DNA from: Heterodontus francisci
Taxonomy: Eukaryota
Direction: 5' to 3'
DNA length: 64,000 nucleotides
NCBI RefSeq assembly: GCF_036365525.1
Contig: NC_090390.1
Location: 71,516,153-71,580,152 of the forward strand
Positions 22,755 through 35,520 of this stretch are shown one piece after another; position 1 is the stretch's first letter; each line of letters begins with the position of its first letter. The notes beneath the pieces are model-generated. The model searched no databases and had not been told where the DNA came from. It worked only from the letters and a program-made list of their open reading frames with translations. The translations under genes were made by a program, and so were the position numbers.

Positions 22755-25700
22755 AGAAGAATGTAAGAACATAAGAAATAGGAGCAGGAGTAGGCCATTC
22801 GACCCCTCAAGCCTTCCCCGCCATTCAATAAGATCATGGCTGATCTACCCCAGACCTCAATTCCTCTTTCATGCCAGCTCCTCATAACCCTCAACTCCCC
22901 GATGTTTCAAAAATCTATCTATCTCCTCTTTAAACACTTTCAGTGATCTAGCCTCCACAACTCTCTGGGGTAGAGAATTCCAGACATTCACTACCCTCTG
23001 AGAGAAGAAATTCCTTTGCATCTCAGTTTTAAATGAGTGTCCCCTTATTCTGTAACTATGTCCCCTAGTTCGAGATTCCCCCACTAATGGAAACATCTTC
23101 TTAACATCTACCCTGTCAAACCCCCTCAGAATCTTGTACGTTTCAATAAGATCCCCTGTCATTCTTCGAAATTATAATGAATAAAGGCCTAACCTGTTTA
23201 GCTGTTCTTGATAAGTCAACTCTTTCATCCCAGGAATCAGCCTAGTGAATCTCTTTTGAACTGCCTCCAATGCCTGTATATCCTTTCTTAAATACAGGGA
23301 ACAAAACTGTACACAGTACTCCAGGTGCGGCCTCACCAACACTCTGTACAGTTGTAACAAGACATCCCTATTTTTAAACTCCAACCCCCTAGCAATAAAG
23401 GCCAAAATTCCATTTGCCTTCTTAATTACTTGCTGCACCTGCATGCTAACTTTTTGTGTTTCATGCACAAGAACACCCAGATCCCTCTGTGCTGCACTTT
23501 TTTGGAGTCTCTCTCTATTTAAATAATAGTCTGCCTTTTGATTCTTCCTACCAAAGTGCATGACCTCACACTTTCCTACATTAAACTCCATCTACCAAGT
23601 TTTTGCCCACTCACTCAACCCATCTATATCCCCTTGCAGATTCCTTATGTCCTCATCACAACATGCCCTCCCACCTATTTTTGAATCATCAGCAAATTTG
23701 GATATATTACACTCTGCCCCTTCCTCCAAGTCATTAATATAGATAGTAAATAATTGAGGCCCTAGCACTGATCCTTGTGGCCTTCTGGAAGTCCAAATAA
23801 ACTACATCTACCAGTTCCCCTTTCTCAACTCTGCTTGTTATATCCTCAAATAACTCTAGCAAATTTGTCAAACATGATTTCCCTTTCACAAAACCATGTT
23901 GACTCTGTTTGATTGTGTTAAGCTTTTCTAAATGACCTTCTATTACTTCCTCATAATGGACTCCAGCATGTTCCCAACGACCGATGTTAGGCTGACTGGC
24001 CTATAGTTTTCTGCTTTTTGTCTCTGTCCCTTCTTGAATAGGGGCGTCACATTAGCGGTTTTCCAATCTGCTGGAACCCTCCCGGAATCCAGTGAGTTCT
24101 GGAATATTTCGACCAATGTCTCCACTATCTCTGCAGCCACTTCCTTTAAAACCTTGGATGTAGGCCATCAGGTCCTGGCGACTTTTCTGCCTTTAGTCCC
24201 ATTAGTTTTTCAAATACTTTGTCCCTCATGATAGAGACTGTTACAAGATCTTTCCTCCCATCAGCTCCTTGCTTATCTGATACCTGTGGGATGTTTATAG
24301 TGTCCTCCACCATGAAGACCGATGTAAAATATTGCTTTAAATTATCTGCCATTTCCCTCTTCCCTGTTGTCAATTCTCCAGTTGCATTCTCCAAGGGTCC
24401 CACGCTCACTTTAACTACTCTCTTTTTATATACCCATAGAAGCTCTTGCTATTTGTTTTTATATTTCTTGCCAATTTGCTTTCATAATCAATTTTCTCCC
24501 TCTTTATTAGCTTTTTAGTCATCCGCTGCTGGTTCCTAAAAAATTCCCAATCCTCTGGCCTACCACTAGTTTTTGCCACTTTGTATGCCTTAGTTTTTGA
24601 TTGGATATACTCTCCTTGACCGCCTTTGTTAACCATGGGTGGTTCATCCTTCTCATCGAGTCCTTCTTTTGACCGAGCTGAATTTTTGCTGATCGTTATG
24701 AAATATCTGCTTAAATGTCTGCCACTGCTCATCCACTGACTTCCCCTTAGTCTATTTTCCCAGCCTGCTTTAGATGGCTCTTTCTTCATACCTCTGTAAT
24801 TGCCCTTGTTTAAGTTGAGGACACTGGTTTTAGACCCGGGTTGCTCGCCCTCCAACTGAATTTGAAATTCTACCATGTTGTGATCGCTACCTCCTTAACT
24901 ACAATATCTCTTATTAATCCTACCTCATTACACATTACTAGATCTAAAATAGCCTGTTCCCGGGTAGGTTCTGCAATGTATTGCTGTAAGTAACAATTCC
25001 TGATGCACTCTACAAATTTGTCTTCCATGTTACCTCTGCCAATCTGATTTGTCCAGTCAATATGCAGATTAAAATCACCCATGACAATTGCAGCACCCTT
25101 CTTACACGCCTCCATTACTTCCCTATTTATACTTTGTCCTACAGTGAGGCAACACTTCGGGGGCCTATAGATGACTCCCACCCGTGACTTCTTCCCCTTG
25201 CTATTCCTTATTTCCACCAAATTGATTCCACATCACGATCTATTGCACCTATATCACTACTCACCACCGCACTGATACCTTCCTTTATTAACAAAGCTAC
25301 CCCACCTCCTTTTCCTTTTTGCCTATTTTTCCAGAACATCGAATACCCTTGAATATTGAGTTCCCAGTCTTGGTCACCCTGCAACCAAGTCTCTGTAATA
25401 GCTAGCAAATCATATTCATTTATTTCTATTTGTGTCGTCAACTCATCTATCTTGTTATAAATGCTGTGTGCCTTCAGATAAAGAGCCTTAAGCTTTGTCT
25501 TTTTACCATTATTACTCATTCTGCTTATTTTTTCTGCCCCTTCCAGTCACACTTTGATTAACATTCGCCTTTTCACTATCCTCCCCCCCACTAATTAATT
25601 TAACGTCCTATCTACAACCCTAGTTATACGATTCACCAGGACACTGGTCCCAGTATGGTTCAAATGAAGCCCGTCCCAACGGAACAGCTCTCTCCTTCCC

Positions 25701-26310
25701 CAGTACTGCTGCCAGTGCCCATGAATCGAAACCCATTTCTCCCACACCAATCTTTGAGCCACACATTAACCTCTCTAATCTTATTTAACCTATGCCAATT
25801 TGCACGTGGCACAGGTAGTAATCCAGAAATTATTACCTTTGAGGTTTTGCTTTTTAATTTAGCCCCGAGCTGCTCATAGTCCCTCAGCAGAAATTCTTTC
25901 CTAGTCCTACCTATGTCATTGGTAACTACGTGGACCACGACAACTGGATCCTTCCCCTCCCACTCCAAGTTCCTCTCCAGCCCAGAAGAGGTGTCCTTAA
26001 CCTTGGCAACAAATAGGCAACACAGCCTTCGGGACTCTATCTTTGCTGCAGAAAACAGTATCTATTCCCCTAACTATGCTATCCTCTATTCCTACGACAT
26101 TTCTTTTTTCTCCTCCCACTTGAATGGCGATCTGAACCATGGTGCTGTGGTCAGTTCGCTCATCCTCCCTGCAGTCTGTGCCCTCGTCCACACTGGGAGC
26201 AAGAACCTCATACCTTTTGGATAAGGGCACTAACTGAGGCTCCTCCAAATCTAAATTCTGGATCCCCATACCTGCCTCACTCGCAGTCACACCCTCCTGT
26301 CCCTGACTAG
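22755..26310 (-). mobile_element. CR1 LINE, near full length: ORF1 SGNH-esterase part, APE endonuclease and RT, all disrupted
   Basis: ORF1-like DSIVRG and VVVHVVTNDIGR (25660-26290); EN motifs ITETW, GGGVAL, GVIYRPP and MGDFN (24870-25519); RT/C-terminus 22869-24409; deletion at ~23780 fusing DFQKA to PQGS; (AAGAACAT) tail. Confidence 0.95.
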
Positions 26311-26534
26311 GTAGGGTGCTAACCTAACTTTGGAGGAATCTCAAGTAACATATATAGATGGTGATCTTCCAAAGTTATGGCACCTGAGCAGCAGAATGCC
26401 CACTGGAGATTTCCGGCATGCATGTGCAAAGAATAATGATAAGGACTCATTTAATATTCCTGTATCATTAGAGGATTTTGTACTTCAAGCAGCAATAAAA
26501 AGGAATTTGTTGACAAACAGAAATATAGAATTCT

Positions 26535-26630
26535 GATGAAAGCTCATCGACCTGAAATGTTAGTTCTGTTTCTCTCTCCACAGATACTGCCAGACCTGCT
26601 GAGTATTTCCAGCACTTTCTGTCTTTATTA
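26535..26630 (+). mobile_element. Penelope-derived short repeat
   Basis: gacctgaaatgttag...cagatactgccagacctgctgagtatttccagc. Confidence 0.75.
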
Positions 26631-26647
26631 CAAATATATAGTACTTG

Positions 26648-26962
26648 GGTGGCACAGTGGTGCAGTGGTTAGCACCGCAGCCTCACGGATCCAGGGACCC
26701 GGGTTCGATTCTGGGTACTGCCTGTGCGGAGTTTGCAAGTTCTCCCTGTGACTGCGTGGGTTTTCGTCGGGTGCTCTGGTTTCCTCTCACAGCCAAAGAC
26801 TTACAGGTTGATAGGTAAATTGGCCATTGTAAATTGCCCCTAGTGTAGGTAGGTGGTAGGGAATATGGGATTACTGTAGGGTTAGTATAAATGGGTGGTT
26901 GTTGGTCGGCACAGACTTGGTGGGCCGAAGGGCCTGTTTCAGTGCTGTATCTCTAAATAAAT
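26648..26962 (+). mobile_element. HE1-type V-SINE (tRNA head, CR1-derived tail)
   Basis: A box TGGTGCAGTGG, B box GGTTCGATTCT, V-domain, tail gggccgaagggcctgtttcagtgctgtatctc(TAAA)n. Confidence 0.92.
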
Positions 26963-27516
26963 AATTGATGTTCTTGCACTATAACAAGTCAATAACGCGG
27001 TATAAACCAGAAGTGTCCAAACTTCTTTCTTCATAGGTTGTGTAGTATTGAACCTCAGCGAACACGCAAGTTTAAACCCATGTTCCCATTAATTTGCGTA
27101 TATTTCAAGTTCCTGATGCCAACAGTCTTCATGTTATTAGAAATATGCTTAGAATGAGCATATATTTAGTAGTCAGCCTGAAATAGGAAAAGGAATAGTT
27201 TAGTGCTTTAAGTTTTGTTTTACTGGAAACTGCTTACAGTTCCGCTTTGCTGGAATCAAAAACGAGTGGAATGATTATTTTTGGGTACTGAAAATTAGCC
27301 CCAGAAGGGGCCATAGCTGGGTAAATGCATAAACAGATAACAATATTACAAAACTGTGTTAGGCTTTTCATTTGAGCTTGCTTAATTAGGATAGTTGCTG
27401 GAATGCAAAAGTTAATTAGTTTGCAGGAATAGAATAGGAGCTACTTTAATGACTCACTATGGTTCGGTAATCTGATAAGAAATAAGAACAGTTGGACTGA
27501 ATAGCCATTATGAACA

Positions 27517-27760
27517 CCTTATTGTCCTACAAAGGTTCCCTTAATACAAAATGCCCAATAGTATGTCGAGTGCTTTGTCTAAACCATGAGCTAAAAGCCT
27601 GCCCTTAAGTTATCTTCCACGGCCTGCTATAGCCTTTAAACATACAGCTTTCTCAGGACTACTTTCCTTATTTCTTTCTGTTTTTCATGGCCAGTTCCAT
27701 AACTCCTTCAGCACATCCCATCTCTGGCCTTCAAACCAACTTTAAGGGGCTCTATTGTTC
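27517..27760 (+). repeat. Local direct repeat of 28337-28375 plus 29763-29980 (empty-site copy)
   Basis: ttaatacaaaatgcccaa..tttgtctaaaccatgagctaaaagcctgccc...ctctggccttcaaaccaac is present in both places. Confidence 0.9.
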
Positions 27761-28375
27761 TGTCACTCACACATCATATTCTTATTGAAATATTTACTAG
27801 TTTCTAGTAACAGTTTAAACTGCACCAAGCTCTCCAGGACATCTCCAAGATCGCTGTCAGCAAGCAGCCACTGTTATACCATCCACTTTTCTTAAAACAG
27901 AGGGTTAGTGCTAAAGTTATGGCTACCATCTTCAGCCACTCTATAAGGTAGAGGAGCATTAGACTACAAAGAAATCATTTAAAACAGGGTCAACTACAAT
28001 TAACATGGTGAATATGTTGAGTTTAACTGAAGTATGAGATGGAATATAACATATCAGTTATCCAGCAAAAACATACAGCTGTGACAAGTCGCGGGTACCA
28101 ATCCAGGTAAGACAGGACGGCTGGCATGCATGAACATCCCTTCTCTTCTTCTTTTTCTTGTTCTCTTCTTGGTGCCTCACACCTTCACGACTCCTTGAAT
28201 TACCAAAGTGTGTTAGACTGGGGTCAGCATAGATTCAATCTCGAGAGTTCTCCTCCGATGCCTAACTTCACTAAGACCTTCCAAAGTCTTTTACTTTATG
28301 CCCTTATTCAGGGGTGAACCTAAGTGTTGACAGCGCCTTATTATCCTATAAAGGTTCCCCTTAATACAAAATGCC

Positions 28376-29762
28376 GTGAACAGCAGATGCCCCTCTACAT
28401 TGCTTTCATTGATCTCACCAAAGCCTTTGACCTCGTCAGCAGACGTGGTCTCTTCAGACTACTAGAAAAGATCGGATGTCCACCAAAGCTACTAAGTATC
28501 ATCACCTCATTCCATGACAATATGAAAGGCACAATTCAACATGGTGGCTCCTCATCAGAGCCCTTTCCTATCCTGAGTGGTGTGAAACAGGGCTGTGTTC
28601 TCGCACCCACACTTTTTGGGATTTTCTTCTCCCTGCTGCTTTCACATGCGTTCAAATCCTCTGAAGAAGGAATTTTCCTCCACACAAGATCAGGGGGCAG
28701 GTTGTTCAACCTTGCCCGTCTAAGAGCGAAGTCCAAAGTACGGAAAGTCCTCATCAGAGAACTCCTCTTTGCTGACGATGCTGCTTTAACATCTCACACT
28801 GAAGAATGCCTGCAGAGTCTCATCGACAGGTTTGCGTCTGCCTGCAATGAATTTGGCCTAACCATCAGCCTCAAGAAAACGAACATCATGGGGCAGGATG
28901 TCAGAAATGCTCCATCCATCAATATTGGCGACCACGCTCTGGAAGTGGTTCAAGAGTTCACCTACCTAGGCTCAACTATCACCAGTAACCTGTCTCTAGA
29001 TGCAGAAATCAACAAGCGCATGGGTAAGGCTTCCACTGCTATGTTCAGACTGGCCAAGAGAGTGTGGGAAAATGGCGCACTGACACGGAACACAAAAGTC
29101 CGAGTGTATCAGGCCTGTGTCCTCAGTACCTTGCTCTACGGCAGCGAGGCCTGGACAACGTATGCCAGCCAAGAGCGACGTCTCAATTCATTCCATCTTC
29201 GCTGCCTTCGGAGAATACTTGGCATCAGGTGGCAGGACTATATCTCCAACACAGAAGTCCTTGAAGCGGCCAACATCCCCAGCTTATACACACTACTGAG
29301 TCAGCGGCGCTTGAGATGGCTTGGCCATGTGAGCCGCATGGAAGATGGCAGGATCCCCAAAGACACATTGTACAGCAAGCTCGCCACTGGTATCAGACCC
29401 ATCGGCCGTCCATGTCTCCGTTATAAAGACGTCTGCAAACGCGACATGAAATCGTGTGACATTGATCACAAGTCGTGGGAGTCAGTTGCCAGCATTCGCC
29501 AGAGCTGGCGGGCAGCCATAAAGACAGGGCTAAATTGTGGCGAGTCGAAGAGACTTAGTAGTTGGCAGGAAAAAAGACAGAGGCGCAAGGGGAGAGCCAA
29601 CTGTCCAACAGCCCCAACAAACAAATTTCTCTGCAGCACCTGTGGAAGAGCCTGTTACTCCAGAATTGGCCTTTATAGCCACTCCAGGCGCTGCTTCACA
29701 AACCACTGACCACCTCCAGGCGCGTATCCATTGTCTCTCGAGATAAGGAGGCCCAAAAGAAG
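28376..29762 (+). mobile_element. RTE-clade LINE, 5'-truncated with uninterrupted RT and C-terminus, subfamily A
   Basis: ORF 28324-29709 carries FIDLTKAFD, GVKQGCVLAP, LLFADD and a zinc finger; TSD AATACAAAATGCC at 28363-28375 and 29763-29775. Confidence 0.97.
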
Positions 29763-30419
29763 AATACAAAATGCCCAAGAGTATGTTGAGTTTTTTGTCT
29801 AAACCATGAGCTAAAAGCCTGCCCTTAAGTTATCTTCCACCTTCCATGGCCTGCTTTAGCCTTTGCTTGCTCAGGACTACTTTCCTCATTTCTTTCTGTT
29901 TTTCATGGCCAGTTCCATAACTCCTTCAGCACATCCCATCTCTGGCCTTCAAACCAACATTAAGGGGTTCCATTGTTCATATTTGCCTGTTATCAGTTAT
30001 TTATGCCCCAAACTGTTTGTTAGGCTTGTTAATGATCTGTTCATAATGGTAGAGCAGCGTTAGATTAATTTAATATTTTATGGGCATGATTTGTAAACAG
30101 TACAACAACTGACCCATTACTGGATTAACAGGTGTAAATAATTAAAACAAAGTCAATATTCAGAGTATGATTTGAAAGCAGATACAATGGTCCTTTATGA
30201 CAAGTGCTGAACGATTAAGTTTTTCATTAACAGATGGAGTACAGCTGGTTCATTTGTTTGTAAAGGTGCAGAACTTCCTGCTGTTGCCATATAATAGATC
30301 TTGTCCTCAGGAGCTTAGTGGGAGAGTTTATATTCTCTTATCATTTAATGGAAATCTCTTGTTAGAGATAAGGCAATATTATTACATTATTACTACTCCC
30401 CTTTGAAAATTGCCATTAT

Positions 30420-30858
30420 CTTCTTCTTCTTTGGCCTCCTTGTCTCGAGAGACAATGGGTAAGTGCCTAGAGGTGGTCAGTGGTTTGTGAAGCAGCACCT
30501 GGAGTGGCTATAAAGGCCAATTCTAGAGTGACAGACTCTTCCATAGGTGCTGCAGATAAAATTGGTCGTGGCTGTTACACGGTTGGCTCTCCCCTTGCGC
30601 TTCTGTCTTTTTTCCTGCCAACTGCTAAGTCTCTTCGACTCGCCACTCTTTAGCCCCGCCTTTATGGCTGTCCGCCAGCTCAGGCGATCACTGGCAACTG
30701 ACTCCCACGACTTGTGGTCAATGTCACAGGATTTCATGTCACGTTTGCAGACGTCTTTAAAGCGGAGACATGGACAGCCGGTGGGTCTGATACCAGCGAC
30801 GAGCTCGCTGTACAATGTGTCCTTGGGGATCCTGCCATCTTCCATGCGGCTCACATGG
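30420..30858 (-). mobile_element. RTE LINE 3' fragment, subfamily B
   Basis: HVSRMEDGRIPKD...HSRCCFTNH with (GAA)n tail; shares diagnostic sites with 53876-55256. Confidence 0.93.
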
Positions 30859-31212
30859 CACAGTGGCGCATTGGTTAGCACCGCAGCCTCATAGCTCCAG
30901 CGACCCGGGTTCAATTCTGGGTACTGCCTGTGTGGAGTTTGCAAGTTCTCCCTGTGTCTGCGTGGGTTTCCTCCGGGTGCTCCGGTTTCCTCCCACATGC
31001 CAAAGACTTGCTGGTTGATAGGTTAAATGGCCATTATAAAAATTGCCCCTAGTATAGGTAGGTGGTAGGAGAATATAGGGACAGGTGGGGATGTGGTAGG
31101 AATATGGAATTAGTATAGGATTAGTATAAATGGGTGGTTGATGGTCGGCACAGACTCGGTGGGCCGAAGGGCCTGTTTCAGTGCTGTATCTCTAAACTAA
31201 ACTAAACTAAAC
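30856..31212 (+). mobile_element. HE1-type V-SINE
   Basis: Same structure as 26648-26962; (TAAAC)n tail. Confidence 0.92.
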
Positions 31213-31762
31213 TGCATACAGCACATGAGTGGAGTACTGAGCTAGGCATCATCATCCACTCCCCACTGTGCCCCCACCACCCTGCCACCATATATAAAAG
31301 TTGACTGCTTGCTTGCAGATGATGTAACTAAGGTGCAATTTTTGAAAAAAGGACTTGCCTCATGACATCCCTCAGCACTTAATAGTCAATAAAATACTTT
31401 TGAAGTGAAGTCACCTTTGTAACGCAGGAAAAGAATGAGGGCACCAGGGAGGGAACCATGCAGAGGAAGGAGGAAAAGTCACTGCAGGAAATATGTTGGC
31501 TACATTGGGGCAGTGAGGAGTGGAATCAAGCAAAAGCTGTGCCATGGACTTGGACCATAGAAGGGAGATGCTGGAAAGGGATGGAGTGATTGACCATATC
31601 GAGCACCATGGGAAGATCAAGAAGGACAAGGGAGGATAGTGTGCCACAGTGGCAGTCACAGGGATATTATTGGTGACTCTCACTGTGGGTAGGACTAAAT
31701 GTACCCAAACAGAGAAAGATAGGAAAGGGTGAATGTAGAAGTAGATAGCAGTGACAAATTTA

Positions 31763-32175
31763 GGGATAGGGTAACATAGTGGTTATGTTACTGTACTAGT
31801 AATCCAGAGGCCTGGACTAATGATCCAGGGATATGAGTTCAAATCCCACTATTGCAGCTGGAGAATTTAAATTCAGTTAATTTAAATAAATTATGAATAA
31901 AAAGCTACTATCAGTAATGGTGACCATGAAACTGCTGGATTATTGTAAAAACCCCTCTGGTTCACTAACACTTTATACAGAAGGAAATCTGCCATCTTTA
32001 CTTGGCCTGGCCTATACGTGAGTCCAGATACACAGCAATGTGGTTGACTCTTAACTTCCCTCTGAAATGGCCTAGTATTATATTCAAGAAGGCAGCTCAC
32101 CAAGACCAATTACAGATGCGCAATAAATGCTGGCCTTGCCCGTGATGCCTACTGCCATGAATGAATTAAACAAAA
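31763..32175 (+). mobile_element. tRNA-headed SINE made of the 5' head and 3' tail of the LINE at 49763-53034
   Basis: 31763-32075 matches 49763-50070; 32083-32170 matches 52930-53025; B box GAGTTCAAATCC. Confidence 0.9.
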
Positions 32176-32254
32176 CTTGAGAACCTTGGAGGAGAATAGA
32201 TACTCCGAGATGGCACAGAATTCAAGGCATGGATTTTTGAGATTGGGATAACGG

Positions 32255-32725
32255 CAACTCCTCTTTGCTGACGATGCTGCATTAACATCCCACACTGAAG
32301 AGTGTCTGCAAAGACTCAGCGACAGGATTCCAGCTGTCTGCAATGAATTTGGCCTAACCATCAGCCTCAAGAAAACGAACATCATGGGACAGGACATCAG
32401 AAATGCTCCATCCATCAATATCGGCGACCACGCTCTGGAAGTGGTTCAAGAGTTCACCTACCTAGGCTCAACTATCACCAGTAACCTGTCTCTCGATGCA
32501 GAAATCAACAACCGCATGGGAAAGGCGTCCGCTGTTATGTCCAGACTGGCCAAGAGAGTGTGGGAAAATGGCGCACTGACATGGAACCCAAAAGTCCAAG
32601 TGTATCAAGCCTGTTACCTCAGTATCTTGCTCTACGGCAGCGAGGCCTGGACAACGTATGTAAGCCAAGAGCGCCGTCTCAATTCATTCCATCTTTGCTG
32701 TCTCCGGAGAATCCTTGGCTTCAGG
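32255..32725 (+). mobile_element. RTE LINE internal fragment, subfamily B
   Basis: LLFADDAAL...FTYLGS...LLYGSEAW...LRRILG. Confidence 0.93.
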
Positions 32726-33434
32726 ACCTGAAGGGAATTCTGTACAATTCTGAGATTCTAAATGTGTGTTTTATCCAACTTGACGAAGGCCTCTATAAAA
32801 ATGATTGTTTCTTTCTAAAGGTCCTTTATCAAACCCAATTGCAGTCTTTAAATTTGTGTCACTTAAGGAAACCCTCTCCATAGACAGAACATCCGAATTA
32901 GAAAAACACTGAACAGAAAAGGCAATGTAGGAACTGGATTAACTGAAATGTAACAATGACAAAATAGTTCCTGCATAGGATCATTGCTGCCACATCCCTC
33001 TTCCATTAACCCAGGTGTCAGTTTCAAGAATAAATCCATCAACCTTTATGCTATGACAGCAATTGAGCAGCTGGGCTCTGCCGCTTTATTCATTATCGTG
33101 ATTAAATTCAAATCACTCATACTAAAAAGCTAGCTGAATGAAATAACTGGATATGTAGAATAATGGAATCTATGAATGTGCAGCAAGTCAGAAACATACA
33201 AAGGGCTCAGTTAATGTCACAAATTTCAAGACTGAAGCTCAGAAGGTTTGTGAATGTTGTCTGGAGTGGTTTCTATGTCACTCTCTATAAAACAGACAAT
33301 AATGTACAATGACCAAAGGCGGATGTTGTTTATCAGCAAAGCCAGAGAAAAGAATGGTAACTAACAGATATAAACCATTTCATACTCCAATGCTGTCAAT
33401 TAAATATTGCCTATGCCTGGAGACAGATTTGGTT

Positions 33435-33555
33435 AGGCAGGAACATAGCAACAGGAGGAAGCCATTCAGCCCCTTGAGCCTGTTCTGCCATTCAATTAGA
33501 ACTTGGCTGATTTGTACCTTAACTCCATCTACCTGCCTTGGTTCTGTAACCCTTT
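33435..33555 (-). mobile_element. CR1 3'-tail fragment
   Basis: aggaggaagccattcagccccttgagcctgttctgccattcaatt. Confidence 0.65.
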
Positions 33556-33859
33556 GATGGGTATAGCTGAATAGAAGAATAACAAAAGAGATAGCAAAGG
33601 ATAAAGTCTCAGTCAGCCAATGATGACTGACTGACAATGATGACTGACTGCATATATATTGGACACTGTAACTGATGTAATGTCGGAGGCCAATTTTCTT
33701 CCCTTCCCACCCCTGGATGAGATCAAGTCAGGTGACTGTGTTCTGCCTGTTGTTTTCTGAACTTGCCTGTTCATATTGTCACTCTAGGCCCAATATTCCC
33801 CAGATGGAGGCCTAGTGCATGGCAGGCACCAGCATCCAAAATCAGAGGTAGAAAATACA

Positions 33860-34250
33860 GCGTGCTCACGTTACAATGATTGAGGTACTTTTGAAGTGTA
33901 GTCACTGTTATAAGGTAGGAAACACGGCAGCCAGTTTACACACAGCAAGGTCCCGCAAACTGCAATGTGATAATAACTAGGTCATCTCTTTTTGTGATGT
34001 TGGTTGAAGAATAAATATTTGCAAGGGGATAACTGCCATGCTCTTCTTCAAGTAGTGCCATGGGATCTTTTGCATCCATCTGGGAGGGCAAACAAGTGCC
34101 TCCATTTAATGTCTCATCTGTAAGATGGCACCTCCAACAGTGCAGCACTCCCTCAGTACTGCACTGTGATGCCATACCAATCTGGATCGTGCGCTCAAGT
34201 CTCTGCAGTGAAATTTGAATCCACAACCTTCTAACTCAGATAAAAGTTCA
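33860..34250 (-). mobile_element. DeuSINE (SacSINE1/AmnSINE-like)
   Basis: Reverse complement reads aaagatcccatggcactacttgaagaagagc...gtgactacacttcaaaagtac (Deu domain and tail). Confidence 0.85.
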
Positions 34251-35274
34251 GTAATAACTGCAAAGCATTTTTCCTCATTACTGAACAATGAGTTCTATCA
34301 TTCAGTGCAGAGAAGGCACACACAAAAAAACACTCTAGAGGCGAGACAACTTGTGACTATTATTTTCAATTGTACTGCTAGTGATTTTTGTTTTGTGCTT
34401 ATCAAAATGAAGAAAATATTGCTGGAGATTGGAATATCTTTAATATTTTTAATAGTTTAGCTGGTATCTGTTGTGAGGAATCATTAAAGTGGAAGTAGAC
34501 TACGCTAAGTATTTGTTTACTAATATATAGAATTAAATACATAAGGGACACAATAAATATAAATAATTTGATTTCGCAATCATCACCTTTAAAGAAGATG
34601 AACAGATATATAAATTGGCAGATATCAGTTAGATAAAAGATTGATATCCCATTAAACAGTAAGAGAAGAGAGAAAGCTTTCTCGAGTGATTCACATTCCC
34701 TTGGCTATAATTTCTCTGTCGTGCTTCTGCTTCTCCATATCTAGTCAATGCAATTACATCTTATAATGGGAACTGAAAACGCTTGAAATACAGAGCAGGT
34801 CTGTCAGCATCTGAAAGGAAAAACAGATTAACATTTTGAGTGTGGGTGTTCTCCTGAGAGCTCAGATCATAGAATTGTACAGCACAGAAGGAGGCCATTC
34901 AGCCCATTGTACCTGTGCCTGCTCTTTCCCCACAGCCCTGCAAATTTTAAATTGAGAGACCCACCCAAAAGTTTAACCCATCTGGCTTTTTCTGACACAA
35001 ACTCACCTGCTCAGTATTACCAGCCTTTTCTATTTCTATTTCAGATTCCCAGCAGTTGCAATGTTTCTTTTTTTTCATCTCTGCGTTCCTATCTTCTTTC
35101 CTTTTGCTTGCTTTCTTCAATCACTATCAGCCTCTCCTTTCTGAGGTAGCAGCTTCTACATTATTGATGTGACTGTTTAAATTCTTTTGCGACATGCACT
35201 GGGTAAAAGTTGCAATTCATCCGCATCTGGCACTGGAGGACTTGTACCTTTCTCGACACAACTGTTAAATCCTG

Positions 35275-35520
35275 TATGTGTTTAAGGTGATAGGCCAAAG
35301 AACAAGAGGCGACATGAGGAAGACATCTTATTTAATGCAGTGTACGTGATCTGGAAGGCACTGCCTGAAAGGGCGGTGGAAGCGGATTCAATAGTAACAT
35401 CCGAAAAGGAATTGGATAAACAAGTGAAGTGGAAACATTTGCAGGGCTATGCGGAAAGAGTGAGAGAGTGGGATGAATTGGATCGCTCTTTCAAAGAGCC
35501 AGTGGAGGTGTGATGACCTA
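35275..35520 (+). mobile_element. CR1 3' remnant
   Basis: tttaaggtgataggc...tggaaggcactgcctgaaagggcggtggaagc...aaggaattggat. Confidence 0.7.

Noticed and set aside
26648-26725. tRNA genes at SINE and LINE heads (also 30856, 39600, 49763, 61690)
   Set aside because: A and B boxes are present, but they continue into SINE bodies and I see no complete cloverleaf.
30420-32725. A single twin-primed (5'-inverted) RTE made of the 30420 and 32255 fragments
   Set aside because: The geometry fits, but 1.4 kb of older-looking sequence lies between them and there is no shared TSD.
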